From the NCBI GenBank assembly GCA_020056715.1, contig JAGVHG010000140.1, positions 5,039 through 69,038 on the forward strand: a stretch of 64,000 bases of DNA, read 5' to 3'. The translations under genes and the position numbers were made by a program. A model generated the notes under the pieces. It did not search any database and had not been told where the DNA came from. It worked only from the letters and a program-made list of their open reading frames with translations. Shown in pieces: positions 43,229-52,530 of this stretch. Source of the DNA: Phycisphaerae bacterium (GTDB lineage: Bacteria; Planctomycetota; Phycisphaerae; UBA1845). Numbering within the stretch: the first letter of the stretch is position 1; each line of letters starts with the position of its first letter.

Positions 43229-44221
43229 ATGTCCGCACCAGCAGTCGTCATGCACCCTGTATACGCCGTCATCGGACAGGATCACTTCCTACGAAACGAA
43301 GCCCTCCAGAACATTCTGCGGACGCTCGCACCCCACATGGATGCCCTCGGACCGGCGTGCGTGGACGGCAAAAACGCTTCGCTGGCGGACCTCCTCGACG
43401 AAGTACGAACGCCGTCGCTTCTGGGAGGCCGGCGCGTCGTGATCGTGGACGATGCCGATGAATGCATCACGAACCATCGCGCCGCACTGGAGCGATATTG
43501 CGCGGCGCCGGCACCCGGAGGCTGCGTCATTTTTTTGTGCGATTCCATGCCTAAAAACACGCGAATACGCAAGATTATTTCCGACGGCGGCGAGGTCATT
43601 GAGTGTGAACCGCTCAAGGGCCGAGCCGTGGTGAGCTGGATCGTCCGCCGAGCCAAAGAAGTCCATGGAAAAAGAGTGAACGACACTGCGGCGCAGATGC
43701 TGAAGGAGCACCTCGGCGACGCACTCGGCTTGCTCGACGTGGAGTTGGCGAAACTCGCTGCCTACGTGGGCGACCGGCCGGAGATTACACCCAAGGACAT
43801 CGACGCCGCGACGGGTGAGCATCGCGAGGAGAAGGTGTTCGCCGTTCTCGATGCAATCACCGCCGGCGATCCCGTCAGCGCACTTCGAGCCTGGGAACAG
43901 GTCTGGGCGACGGATCGTGCGGCCCCCGGTCGCGCCATCGCGGGACTCGCTTGGAGCGTCCGACGGCTTTTGGAGGTCCGCCGCGAGTGGGACCGCGGCG
44001 CCGACATCGGAGGTCTCGCTCGTCGCATGTTCACGGATCCCGTGACGCTGCGGCGTCGACTCGAGCGGAGCAGCGTCGATCATTTGCGCGAGCAACAACG
44101 TGATCTGTTGGCCGCCGACATCGCCGCCAAGACAGGCCTGTCCACCGTCGAAGTCGCGGTGGAACGATTCATCGTTAAGCACAGTACCCGTTCCATGACG
44201 GCACGCAGCAAGTCCGGATAA
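43229..44221 (+). CDS. holA: DNA polymerase III subunit delta
   Basis: PVYAVIGQDHFLR, TPSLLGGRRVVIV, ELAKLAAY and VFAVLDAI. Confidence 0.9.
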   Translation: MSAPAVVMHPVYAVIGQDHFLRNEALQNILRTLAPHMDALGPACVDGKNASLADLLDEVRTPSLLGGRRVVIVDDADECITNHRAALERYCAAPAPGGCVIFLCDSMPKNTRIRKIISDGGEVIECEPLKGRAVVSWIVRRAKEVHGKRVNDTAAQMLKEHLGDALGLLDVELAKLAAYVGDRPEITPKDIDAATGEHREEKVFAVLDAITAGDPVSALRAWEQVWATDRAAPGRAIAGLAWSVRRLLEVRREWDRGADIGGLARRMFTDPVTLRRRLERSSVDHLREQQRDLLAADIAAKTGLSTVEVAVERFIVKHSTRSMTARSKSG

Positions 44222-44363
44222 AAATGGGAAGAGAAGCATTACAGCTCAACGCTTTTTGCAGGAATATAAAGCGCCGATTCTTTTTTTGTCGCCACCGACA
44301 GCTACTTGCCGCAAAATAGCATTTGTCCCTCTTAAAAACTGTGGAGTTTTGGATAGAAAACAG

Positions 44364-44391
44364 TTGACGCGGGCCGATTAGTTATTAGATT
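44364..44391 (+). promoter_or_regulatory. Putative sigma70 promoter
   Basis: TTGACG-16 nt-TAGATT in an AT-rich stretch upstream of 44475. Confidence 0.45.
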
Positions 44392-44474
44392 TTGCAGCAC
44401 GTGAGTATTACGCGGGCGGCGCGGTCTGCGGCCACGTGTTCGGTACATGAATTCGGTGATTGGAGTGAAAGCTT

Positions 44475-45317
44475 ATGAAGCAAGCATTTACATGTGTGTG
44501 TGTGCTGGCGTTTGCCGTATGTGCGATTGCTCAGGAAAAGGAAAAAACGACCATCAAGACTACGACCACGACGGTCAAGAGCGGGTTTGATCTGCTCGGC
44601 GGCGAGACGTTTAACGTCACGGATGCGACGCCGTTTGAGACCCACGCGGTTGACCTGCGGTTTGCGTTCCGGTGGGAAACTGAAAACTTCCCGGCTAATG
44701 CAGGTGATTCCAACGACGACTTCTACATCCAACCGGTGGTCGTCTGGGGATCCTGCCCCAACGTCGAGGTGTCGGTGAGCACGCCGGTTCAGATCGGCGA
44801 TGGCGGGAACATCCCCGGACAGGCCGATGGCCACCACGATTCATACTTCGGGCTGCTCTGGAAGCTGACGGACCAGCAGGACTACTGGCCGGCGCTCGCT
44901 TTGGCTAGCAACCTTCGTGTCCCAACCGGACAGCGCTCCAATGGCGTCGATTGGGAGCTTCGGCTCGCCATGACCAACCAGTACGACAGCGGTATCCGCT
45001 CGCATTTCAACATTTTCGGGATCACTGCGAACCACGACAACTATGATGACCTACGGCACTTCCAGTATGGGGCGGTGGCCGGGCTTGACGGTCCGCTGTG
45101 TGCCGACGGCGCGGTTCGCTGGGTATTCGACTACATGTACCGCATCGGCCAGCATGAGGGCGGCGGCGGTAAGAACATCGCCGAGGCCGGCTGGCAGTGG
45201 CAGATCGATGACTGCAATAAGCTCGGAATGTCCGTACAGGCCGGCTTGGATCACGCGGAGGACGAGGCCGCGAACCTGGGGGCGGCCCTGACCTACGCCT
45301 ACACCCTGAAGTATTAG
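44475..45317 (+). CDS. Outer-membrane beta-barrel protein (MetA-pathway/transporter-like)
   Basis: Signal peptide, amphipathic beta strands, WPALAL...RVPTG and an aromatic C-terminus. Confidence 0.75.
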   Translation: MKQAFTCVCVLAFAVCAIAQEKEKTTIKTTTTTVKSGFDLLGGETFNVTDATPFETHAVDLRFAFRWETENFPANAGDSNDDFYIQPVVVWGSCPNVEVSVSTPVQIGDGGNIPGQADGHHDSYFGLLWKLTDQQDYWPALALASNLRVPTGQRSNGVDWELRLAMTNQYDSGIRSHFNIFGITANHDNYDDLRHFQYGAVAGLDGPLCADGAVRWVFDYMYRIGQHEGGGGKNIAEAGWQWQIDDCNKLGMSVQAGLDHAEDEAANLGAALTYAYTLKY

Positions 45318-45348
45318 GTCGCGACTGCAAACTGGCAGAGTAAGATCC

Positions 45349-45390
45349 ATCGGCCCGGCGAGGGTGAACCTCGTCGGGCCGATTTGTTTT
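45349..45390 (+). terminator. Intrinsic terminator
   Basis: ATCGGCCCGGCGAGG-GTGAA-CCTCGTCGGGCCGAT followed by TTGTTTT. Confidence 0.8.
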
Positions 45391-45570
45391 CGGCTGGGGA
45401 GCGGCGGCGCCAGCAGCACCATCACCCGTGAGTGATGGTACGACCGTCAACTGCGACACCCCGGCAACGCTCCGTAGTTGATGGCGAACGCGAAGACTAC
45501 CCGTGCCGCTGCAGGAACTTGTCCCGGCGCGCCGGGATGCTTTCTCGTAACCGCGTTTCTGCGTTTCCCT

Positions 45571-48240
45571 TCACGGCGTACATCGCCCGCAACTGTCGCG
45601 GCAGAGGGGAGTGCCGCACGTACCGCCCGGACAGTGCCTCGCGCTGTCGATGCACGGCTTGCCGTCGTTGGTCCCGCCAGTACACGTCTTCACGCACATG
45701 TTAGGACTGGGGCACCCCGTACCACAGGCGCCACCGCACGTAACCGCCGACGGACACGCGCACGGCCCGCTGAACGCATACGCCCTCTGCTTCACCGCGT
45801 CCACCACCGCCACGATGTCCAAAGCGTTGACGTTCGCGTTTAGCTCCGGCAGGTTGGGTTGCAACTGGGTGATCGCCTTCGCCAGAGCGCCCGGCAGGTT
45901 CTTTAACTTGGTGACCACCGCCGCGACGTCGAGAGCATCGGGCTGACCCGTGGTCGCCGGCGGGTTAAAGTTCGGAGCCGCGTCGCCGGAACGGCGCGTG
46001 TACATCGTCACCGCCGGGGACACGGCGGTGCAACCATCTTCTGCACCCATGCACGACGCCCCGTACGTCTGGACGCTGTATTCCGAGCTGGGAGCGATTT
46101 CCGCACCCACCACGGTGATCGGTCCGCTCGCCGTTTCCGTGATCCAATCGTAGTAGAACGGCGTACACTGTAGCCGGGCCGCTTTGTAGGTCGCGCCTCC
46201 CGCAGCGTCCTGATTCTCAAGGAAGGTACCGGGCTTACCGACCCAGCGTGCGCAGCCGTTCATCTCGCCCGAGGCCGTGCAGGTTGCAGATTCGAACGCG
46301 CTGAAATCCGGCGGTGGGAATTGCGGTAAGTTCAGCGGAATCGGATGCTGTAGGTCGATCATCGTCACCTTGATGGCGACTTCGGGAGGCGTGGCCGGCA
46401 TCATCACGGAGAACTGCAGGGACCGACTCGTTCGATTTGCGCTCGTGGGGGATACCTCCCACCTGATGTTCCCCCGCGTCAACGTAACGAGGCCCAGACT
46501 GTCCTCGTCGCCTGCGGCGATGGCGACGAAACCCGTGTTGGGCGCGGGGACGTTGGTTTGACCGAAGTTGTTGCGTCCCCAGGCCACGATGGAGCCGTCG
46601 CCCTTGAGACCCAGATTGTGATAGTCGCCCGCGGCGATGGCGATGAAACCCGTATTTGGCTCGGCAACGTTGTTCTGCCCATAGAGGTTGTGTCCCCATC
46701 CCACTATGGACCCGTCGGCCTTGAGACCCAGACTGTGTAACCTGCCCGCAGCGACGGTGACGAAACCCGTGTTGGGTCCGCCGGGCGGCGGATTGGTTTG
46801 ACCGTAGGAGTTGTCTCCCCACGCCACGATGGACCCGTCGGCCTTGAGACCCAGACTGTGGAACCCACCCGCGACGACGGCCACGAAACCGCTGTTGGGT
46901 CCGCCGGGCGGCGGATTGGTTTGACCGTAGATGTTGTCTCCCCACGCCACGATGGATCCGTCGGACTTCAGACCCAGGCTGTGGTACTCGCCCGCCGCGA
47001 TGGCGACAAAATCCGTGTTCGGCGCGGGCACGTTGCATTCACTATAATCGGACCAGTCCCCACAACCCCACGCCACGATGGAACCGCCGGCCTTCAGACC
47101 GAGACTGTGGTACTGACCCGCGGCGATGCCCACGAAACCGCTGTTGGGTGCGGGAACGTTGGTTTGACCGTAGTAGTTGTCTCCCCACGCCACGATGGAC
47201 CCGTCGGACTTGAGACCCAGGCTGTGGTACCCGCCGTCGGAGACGCCCTCGAAACCCGTGTTGGGCGCGGGGACGTTGGTTATGCTTCCCCACTCCACGA
47301 TGGACCCGTCAGTCTTGAGACCCAGACTGTGATAGTCGCCCGCGGCGATGGCGATGAAACCCGCATTTGGCTCGGGAACGTTGTTCTGCCCATAGAGGTT
47401 GTGTCCCCATCCCACTATGGACCCGTCGGCCTTGAGACCCAGACTGTGGAACATGCCCGCAGCGACGGTGACGAAACCCGTGTTGGGTCCGCCGGGCGGC
47501 GGATTGGTTTGACCGTAGTCGTTCCATCCCCAGGCCACGATGGACCCGTCGGCCTTCAGACCCAGACTGTGGTACGTGCCCCCAGCGACGCCCACGAAAC
47601 CGCTGTTCGGCGCGGGGACGGTGGTTTGACCGTAATTGTTTCGTCCCCACGCCACGATGGACCCGTCGGACTTAAGACCGAGGCTGTACGACCAGCCCGC
47701 GGCGACGGCGACGAAGCCCGTATTGGGCGCGGGGACGGTGGTTTGCCCGAAGTCGTTGTACCCCCACGCCACGATGGACCCGTCGGCCTTGAGGCCCAAG
47801 CTGTGGTCCCAGCCCGCGGCGATGCCGATGAAATCGGCATTGGGTGCGGGGACGTTGGTTTGACCGCCGAGGTTATACCCCCACGCCACGATGGACCCGT
47901 CGGCCTTCAGACCGAGACTGTTGAATACGCCTGCGGCGACGGCCACGAAACCGCTGTTGGGTCCGCCGGGCGGCGGATTGGTCTGACCGTAGTCGTTGTA
48001 TCCCCACGCCACGATGGACCCGTCGGACTTGAGACCCAGGCTGTGGGTCCCGCCCGCGGCGACGGCTGCGAAACCTTGGGTAAGGTCAACACCGACGACC
48101 TGGATCCCCCAGCCGACGACCGACCCTTGCAACTGTCCGCGGGCATTCTCGCCCCCCGGAACGTTTGCCGCGATTAGAGCGAGTCCCAACGCCAGGATTG
48201 GGGCCATGCAACGCTTCGCGTTAAAACTGTGTGATGACAT
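45571..48240 (-). CDS. Secreted RCC1-like repeat (14x) beta-propeller protein with Cys-rich, dockerin-like C-terminal region
   Basis: GGAG RBS and signal peptide; 14 copies of GSIVAWG..N..GQT.VP.PN.GF.A.AAG..HSLGLK.D; duplicated DALDVAAVV / NALDIVAVV. Confidence 0.88.
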   Translation of the reverse strand: MSSHSFNAKRCMAPILALGLALIAANVPGGENARGQLQGSVVGWGIQVVGVDLTQGFAAVAAGGTHSLGLKSDGSIVAWGYNDYGQTNPPPGGPNSGFVAVAAGVFNSLGLKADGSIVAWGYNLGGQTNVPAPNADFIGIAAGWDHSLGLKADGSIVAWGYNDFGQTTVPAPNTGFVAVAAGWSYSLGLKSDGSIVAWGRNNYGQTTVPAPNSGFVGVAGGTYHSLGLKADGSIVAWGWNDYGQTNPPPGGPNTGFVTVAAGMFHSLGLKADGSIVGWGHNLYGQNNVPEPNAGFIAIAAGDYHSLGLKTDGSIVEWGSITNVPAPNTGFEGVSDGGYHSLGLKSDGSIVAWGDNYYGQTNVPAPNSGFVGIAAGQYHSLGLKAGGSIVAWGCGDWSDYSECNVPAPNTDFVAIAAGEYHSLGLKSDGSIVAWGDNIYGQTNPPPGGPNSGFVAVVAGGFHSLGLKADGSIVAWGDNSYGQTNPPPGGPNTGFVTVAAGRLHSLGLKADGSIVGWGHNLYGQNNVAEPNTGFIAIAAGDYHNLGLKGDGSIVAWGRNNFGQTNVPAPNTGFVAIAAGDEDSLGLVTLTRGNIRWEVSPTSANRTSRSLQFSVMMPATPPEVAIKVTMIDLQHPIPLNLPQFPPPDFSAFESATCTASGEMNGCARWVGKPGTFLENQDAAGGATYKAARLQCTPFYYDWITETASGPITVVGAEIAPSSEYSVQTYGASCMGAEDGCTAVSPAVTMYTRRSGDAAPNFNPPATTGQPDALDVAAVVTKLKNLPGALAKAITQLQPNLPELNANVNALDIVAVVDAVKQRAYAFSGPCACPSAVTCGGACGTGCPSPNMCVKTCTGGTNDGKPCIDSARHCPGGTCGTPLCRDSCGRCTP

Positions 48241-48455
48241 GTGTAACTCCACGACAAGACCGGCGACAAGCGCTCGCCTGTGCAAAGCTCATTCGCCCCG
48301 CGCTTAACTACCGCGTGCGATGCCGCGACCCTCCCAGGACCGATTTTTGTGCCGAAGCACATCCAATAACGTGCGATGATACCAAAACTTGGGCTTGATA
48401 GTCAAGGAAATAATCAAAATCGCCGGGTTAGTAAAGAGTAGCCTTCCTTACTTAA

Positions 48456-48563
48456 CTGGTGCGAGATTCCCATCTCGCACCCCAGCCGCCGGGATTCCCT
48501 TCCCGCGGTGCGGAAGGGATTGGAGTCCCCCGTTTTCCGTGCGAGAAGGGATATTCGCACGAG
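48456..48563. repeat. Inverted doublet of the RAYT-associated double-hairpin REP
   Basis: CTGGTGCGAGATTCCCATCTCGCACC..GGGATTCCCTTCCCGCG, followed by a degenerate inverted copy ending GTGCGAGAAGGGATATTCGCACGAG. Confidence 0.8.
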
Positions 48564-48642
48564 CATTGAACCTCTAATTCCCAGGCCGCAGGAAGTAACC
48601 CCGCTGAACCCTACCATCCAATTGGCAATTGGCAATTGGAAA

Positions 48643-49602
48643 TTAGTCGGGCGTTTCCCAGAGGATGTTGCGTGCCTCGAAGATCGGTCCGTCGGTGCAG
48701 CAGAGGCGGTAGGACCAGCCGGTCGAGTCGGCGGTGTCACGCACTGGCACCACACACGATTGGCACATGCCCGTGCCGCAGGCCATGTTCCGCTCCACGC
48801 AGACGTAACATTCGATCCGCCGCGCCACGCAATACTCGGCCACAAAGCGTATCATCGGCTCCGGGCCGCAGGTGTAGACGACCAGATCGTCAGCGGCGAC
48901 CGGATTCGCCTGGTGATAGGCGGCCATCGCGGATCCTACGTACCCGCGAAAGCCCAAGCTGCCGTCGTCGGTGCTGATGACCACATCCGCGCCGCACTTC
49001 GTGAACTCCTTCGCCGACGGTGTCGCGGTCTTGGCACTTCCGTCCGGTTGCGCCGTCGGATCGAGCGTCAAAGCAAGAAGGTCATGAGTCTGCGCCCCGC
49101 AGAAGGCGACGACGCGCTTGGCGGTTTCCTGTAACGCTGCGGCCAGCCAAAGCATCGGAGGCAGTCCAACTCCTCCGGCGACGAGCCATGCGACCGGTTT
49201 GCGATCAGAGACGGGGAAGCTGTTGCCCATCGGTCCCAAGAGACTGACCGGATCGCCAGCGCGAAGAGACTCCATCCATCGCGTGGCCGTACCTACCACG
49301 CGGTAGATCACGTCCACCTCGACGCCGGTATTGGTGCAACGCAGGCCCGCGATGCTGAATGCCCGGCGCAGCATGGGTTGGTCCAGTTCACTCACCCATC
49401 GGTCGTGCGACTCCATCGGGGAGTCATCTAGTCGCCGTTCAGGGCTGAGGTGTACGAATTGCCCCGCCCGCGCCGGCGGGAACATCGGCAGACGAAACGT
49501 GAGGCGGTAGTGGTCGCGGCAAAGTCGCCGGTTGGCCACAACGTGCGCAGTTTGGATCACGCGGTCGCGCTGCATTACAGGTGTCGGAGGCGAATCGATC
49601 AT
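48643..49602 (-). CDS. pyrK: Dihydroorotate dehydrogenase electron transfer subunit
   Basis: Motifs AGQF, LRRAFSI, GPMGN, AGGVGLPP, TDDGS.G, CGPEPM and MACGTGMCQSC...CCTDGPIF. Confidence 0.9.
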   Translation of the reverse strand: MIDSPPTPVMQRDRVIQTAHVVANRRLCRDHYRLTFRLPMFPPARAGQFVHLSPERRLDDSPMESHDRWVSELDQPMLRRAFSIAGLRCTNTGVEVDVIYRVVGTATRWMESLRAGDPVSLLGPMGNSFPVSDRKPVAWLVAGGVGLPPMLWLAAALQETAKRVVAFCGAQTHDLLALTLDPTAQPDGSAKTATPSAKEFTKCGADVVISTDDGSLGFRGYVGSAMAAYHQANPVAADDLVVYTCGPEPMIRFVAEYCVARRIECYVCVERNMACGTGMCQSCVVPVRDTADSTGWSYRLCCTDGPIFEARNILWETPD

Positions 49603-49615
49603 TGCGTACGGTCGT

Positions 49616-49658
49616 AAAAAAACTTCCGGGATCGAAGCCTAGCCACGATCCCGGAAGT
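49616..49658 (-). terminator. Intrinsic terminator about 14 nt upstream of the pyrK start
   Basis: ACTTCCGGGATCG-11 nt loop-CGATCCCGGAAGT-TTTTTT. Confidence 0.8.
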
Positions 49659-49748
49659 CCGCCACGGCTCAAGAAGCCGCATCTCAAACATGCCGCGAGT
49701 CGCCACGACTCACAGCCGAAAGCTCATCAAACTCGTTCCGATGAACGC
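49616..49748 (-). ncRNA. Candidate structured small RNA or attenuator leader upstream of pyrK
   Basis: Four consecutive hairpins; the last is a perfect 13-bp stem followed by a U-run; has its own promoter. Confidence 0.5.
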
Positions 49749-49753
49749 ATCCC

Positions 49754-49782
49754 TTTGTAGGCTATAGGAGCGCTTGTGTCAA
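49754..49782 (-). promoter_or_regulatory. sigma70 promoter toward pyrK
   Basis: TTGACA-17 nt-TACAAA on the minus strand. Confidence 0.6.
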
Positions 49783-49914
49783 CTGCGGCGTAGTTCCGCA
49801 TTTTCGGAGATAATCTGCTCGTAACTTAAGCAACGATAAATGGTTATGAAAATGATAAAATCGGTGTACTAATTCGTCTCCTCGAATCGACCGTCCAAAG
49901 AGGAGACCTCGCCT

Positions 49915-49943
49915 TTGACTCGGTATCGCTCGCGCGGTATACT
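49915..49943 (+). promoter_or_regulatory. sigma70 promoter for aroF
   Basis: TTGACT-17 nt-TATACT. Confidence 0.75.
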
Positions 49944-50039
49944 ATGCCCTTTGCCATCGCGTATCATAAGTTCATGTACGGACAGAAGTTGCGCGGTTCG
50001 TCGCCCGCCGAACACTGACACCAAGAGGCCAAAAGGTCT

Positions 50040-51119
50040 ATGGACATGATCGTAGTCATGAAGGCCGGGGTGACCGACGAAGACGTGCAACGCGTCGTCG
50101 AACGCGTCACGGAGTTGGGTCTAGCACCCCATCCATCGAAAGGAGAGTTTCGCACCATCGTCGGGGCGATCGGCGAGCGAACGCCCGAAGCGCAGCAACA
50201 GCTCGAGCAGCTTCCCGGCGTTGACGAGGTCATGGCCATCAGCCAGCCGTACAAGCTTGCCTCCCGCGAGTTCCACGAAGCCGACACCATCCTCGATATC
50301 AAAGGCATCCGCGTCGGCGGACCGCATGTGAACATTATCGCCGGCCCGTGTGCCATCGAGAGTCGTGAAATCCTTTTCGGCGTCGGCCAGGCGGTCAAAG
50401 ACGCCGGCGCTTCGATCCTCCGCGGCGGGGCCTTCAAGCCGCGGTCGTCGCCCTATTCGTTCAGCGGCATGGGGAAGGAAGGGTTGGAACTGCTCCAAGA
50501 GGCGGGCGTTGCCCTGGACATGCCCACCATCACCGAGGTTGTCGATCCGCGCGACGTGCCTATCGTCTACAAGTACGCCGACATATTCCAGATCGGCGCC
50601 TGCAACATGCAGAATTACAACTTACTGCTGGAAGTGGGCAAGACGGACAAGCCGGTGTTCATCAAACGCGGGCTGGCCGCTTCGATTACGGAACTGCTCA
50701 TGTCCGCCGAATACGTCCTCAGTCAGGGCAACCACCGCGTGATTCTTTGCGAACGAGGCATCCGCACTTTCTCCGACGAGGTGCGTTTCACGCTGGATGT
50801 GTCGGCTGTGCCGGTGATTCAGGAGCGCTCGCACCTTCCGGTTTTCGTTGATCCGTCACATGCCGCGGGGAAGCGCGATCTGGTACCCGCGCTTGCCCTT
50901 GCAGGCATCGCCGCAGGCGCGCAGGGCGCGATTATCGAAGTACACAGTTGTCCGGAACGAGCGCTGTGCGACGGTCCTCAAGCCGTTCTGCCGCAAAACT
51001 TCGCCAAACTCATGGAGCAGATCCGCCAGATCGCCGAGATCGTCGGCCACCGCGTCACCATCTGGGGCCGCGAGGATGCCCAACCGCGCCGCGCCGTCGC
51101 CGGAGGATGGACGACGTAA
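50040..51119 (+). CDS. aroF: 3-deoxy-7-phosphoheptulonate (DAHP) synthase, type I-beta, with N-terminal regulatory domain
   Basis: Motifs IAGPCAIE, RGGAFKPRSSPY, KRG, CERGIRTF, DPSH, EVH and DG.Q. Confidence 0.93.
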   Translation: MDMIVVMKAGVTDEDVQRVVERVTELGLAPHPSKGEFRTIVGAIGERTPEAQQQLEQLPGVDEVMAISQPYKLASREFHEADTILDIKGIRVGGPHVNIIAGPCAIESREILFGVGQAVKDAGASILRGGAFKPRSSPYSFSGMGKEGLELLQEAGVALDMPTITEVVDPRDVPIVYKYADIFQIGACNMQNYNLLLEVGKTDKPVFIKRGLAASITELLMSAEYVLSQGNHRVILCERGIRTFSDEVRFTLDVSAVPVIQERSHLPVFVDPSHAAGKRDLVPALALAGIAAGAQGAIIEVHSCPERALCDGPQAVLPQNFAKLMEQIRQIAEIVGHRVTIWGREDAQPRRAVAGGWTT

Positions 51120-51333
51120 CGGCAAGTCGGAAGTTCGAAGGGTCAAGATCGAAAATGCCAACCTCAGTGTCGCTGCGCCACGCCCGTGTAACTGCGGACA
51201 TTTAGGATACAGTTTCGTGCGTACGAAAGGAAACACGATCACGTAAAATCCGCGAACGCGTGTATACTAGGCCGAGTGGAACATCATACTTTGATCGCCG
51301 GTTGTCGTAGGCGGCGATCGTTGGGGTTGGCTT

Positions 51334-52530
51334 ATGCTTCGGACAGTAGTGATTCTGATCGTTTTGGCGGTCTTGAGTCTCGGCGGGTACGTCGGGTTCC
51401 AAAAGTGGAATGACCGGCAGCCGCAGGTGACCTACAAGACCACTCCGGTTACGCGCGGGACGCTTGTCTCCACGGTGACGGCGACTGGCAACCTCGAGCC
51501 GTTGGTGAAGGTCCTGGTCGGGTCGCAAGTGAGCGGGACAGTCACCCGCTGGTATGCGGACTTCAACCAGCGCGTCGAGCAAGGCTTCGTGCTGGCCGAG
51601 TTGGACCAAGATCGCTTCAAGGCCACGCTCGACCAACGCCAGGCCACCGCGAAAGCGGCGAGAGCACGGGTTGAGGAGGCCCGTGCGGCGCTCGCGGACA
51701 CGACCCTCAAGCGCGAACACGCTGAGGTCAACATAAAGCAGAACGCGGCAACCGATCTCGAACTCGCGGAGACGCGAGTCGCAGAGCAACAGGCGGCGGC
51801 GTCCGTCCACGCGGCCGAGGCCGAGGTGGAACGCGCCGATGCCGAGGCCCGCCTCGCCAAGGTCGATCTGGATCGGACGGTCATCCAGTCTCCCATCAGC
51901 GGTGTCGTCATCTCGCGAAACGTAGATGCGGGACAGACCGTCGCCGCTTCGTTTACGGCGCCGATCCTTTTCACCATTGCTAACGATCTCGCCAAGTTGC
52001 AGGTGAATGCGGCGGTCAGCGAGACGGACATTGGTAAGATTCACGAGGGCAGCGGGGCCGACTTCCGGGTGGACGCCTATCCGGACCGGCGTTTTCACGG
52101 CGTGGTCTCGCAGGTGCGCTACGCGGAAACGATCGTCGACAACGTGGTCACATACACGACGCTGATCAACATGGACAATACGGACCTAGCGCTGCGGCCC
52201 GGCATGACGGCGACGATTTCGTTCGAGGTCGCCCGGGCTGAGAATATCCTCATGGTGCCCAACGCGGCCATGCGTTTCAATCCAATCGCTGCCCCGGCGG
52301 ACGGCGATTGGATGCGTCCGGGCAAGGCGGTGCGCATGCAGCCGCGGGTGTTCAAACTCGACGCCGGCCGCCCGGTCGAAGCGCCGATCGAGCCGGGGTT
52401 GACGGACGGAAGTTTCACCGAGGTCCGCTCCGGCGACCTGCGCGAGGGCGATCCGGTGGTGATCGAACAGAGCGGCGGTCTACGTCCACGCGCCAATGTC
52501 CCCACGCGCACGCCAAGGATCGCCGGATGA
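51334..52530 (+). CDS. macA: Efflux periplasmic adaptor subunit (MacA-like)
   Basis: VTATG.LEP...VGSQVSG, alpha hairpin, SPISGVV, VSETDI and LRPGMTA. Confidence 0.9.
   Translation: MLRTVVILIVLAVLSLGGYVGFQKWNDRQPQVTYKTTPVTRGTLVSTVTATGNLEPLVKVLVGSQVSGTVTRWYADFNQRVEQGFVLAELDQDRFKATLDQRQATAKAARARVEEARAALADTTLKREHAEVNIKQNAATDLELAETRVAEQQAAASVHAAEAEVERADAEARLAKVDLDRTVIQSPISGVVISRNVDAGQTVAASFTAPILFTIANDLAKLQVNAAVSETDIGKIHEGSGADFRVDAYPDRRFHGVVSQVRYAETIVDNVVTYTTLINMDNTDLALRPGMTATISFEVARAENILMVPNAAMRFNPIAAPADGDWMRPGKAVRMQPRVFKLDAGRPVEAPIEPGLTDGSFTEVRSGDLREGDPVVIEQSGGLRPRANVPTRTPRIAG

Noticed and set aside
46490-48130. Regular ~120-bp repeats as a CRISPR array or DGR target
   Set aside because: They are in-frame protein repeats without unique spacers. 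No cas or reverse transcriptase gene is in the window, and the differences are not adenine-specific.
46798-48177. 459-aa repetitive plus-strand ORF
   Set aside because: Antisense reading of the RCC1-like repeats.
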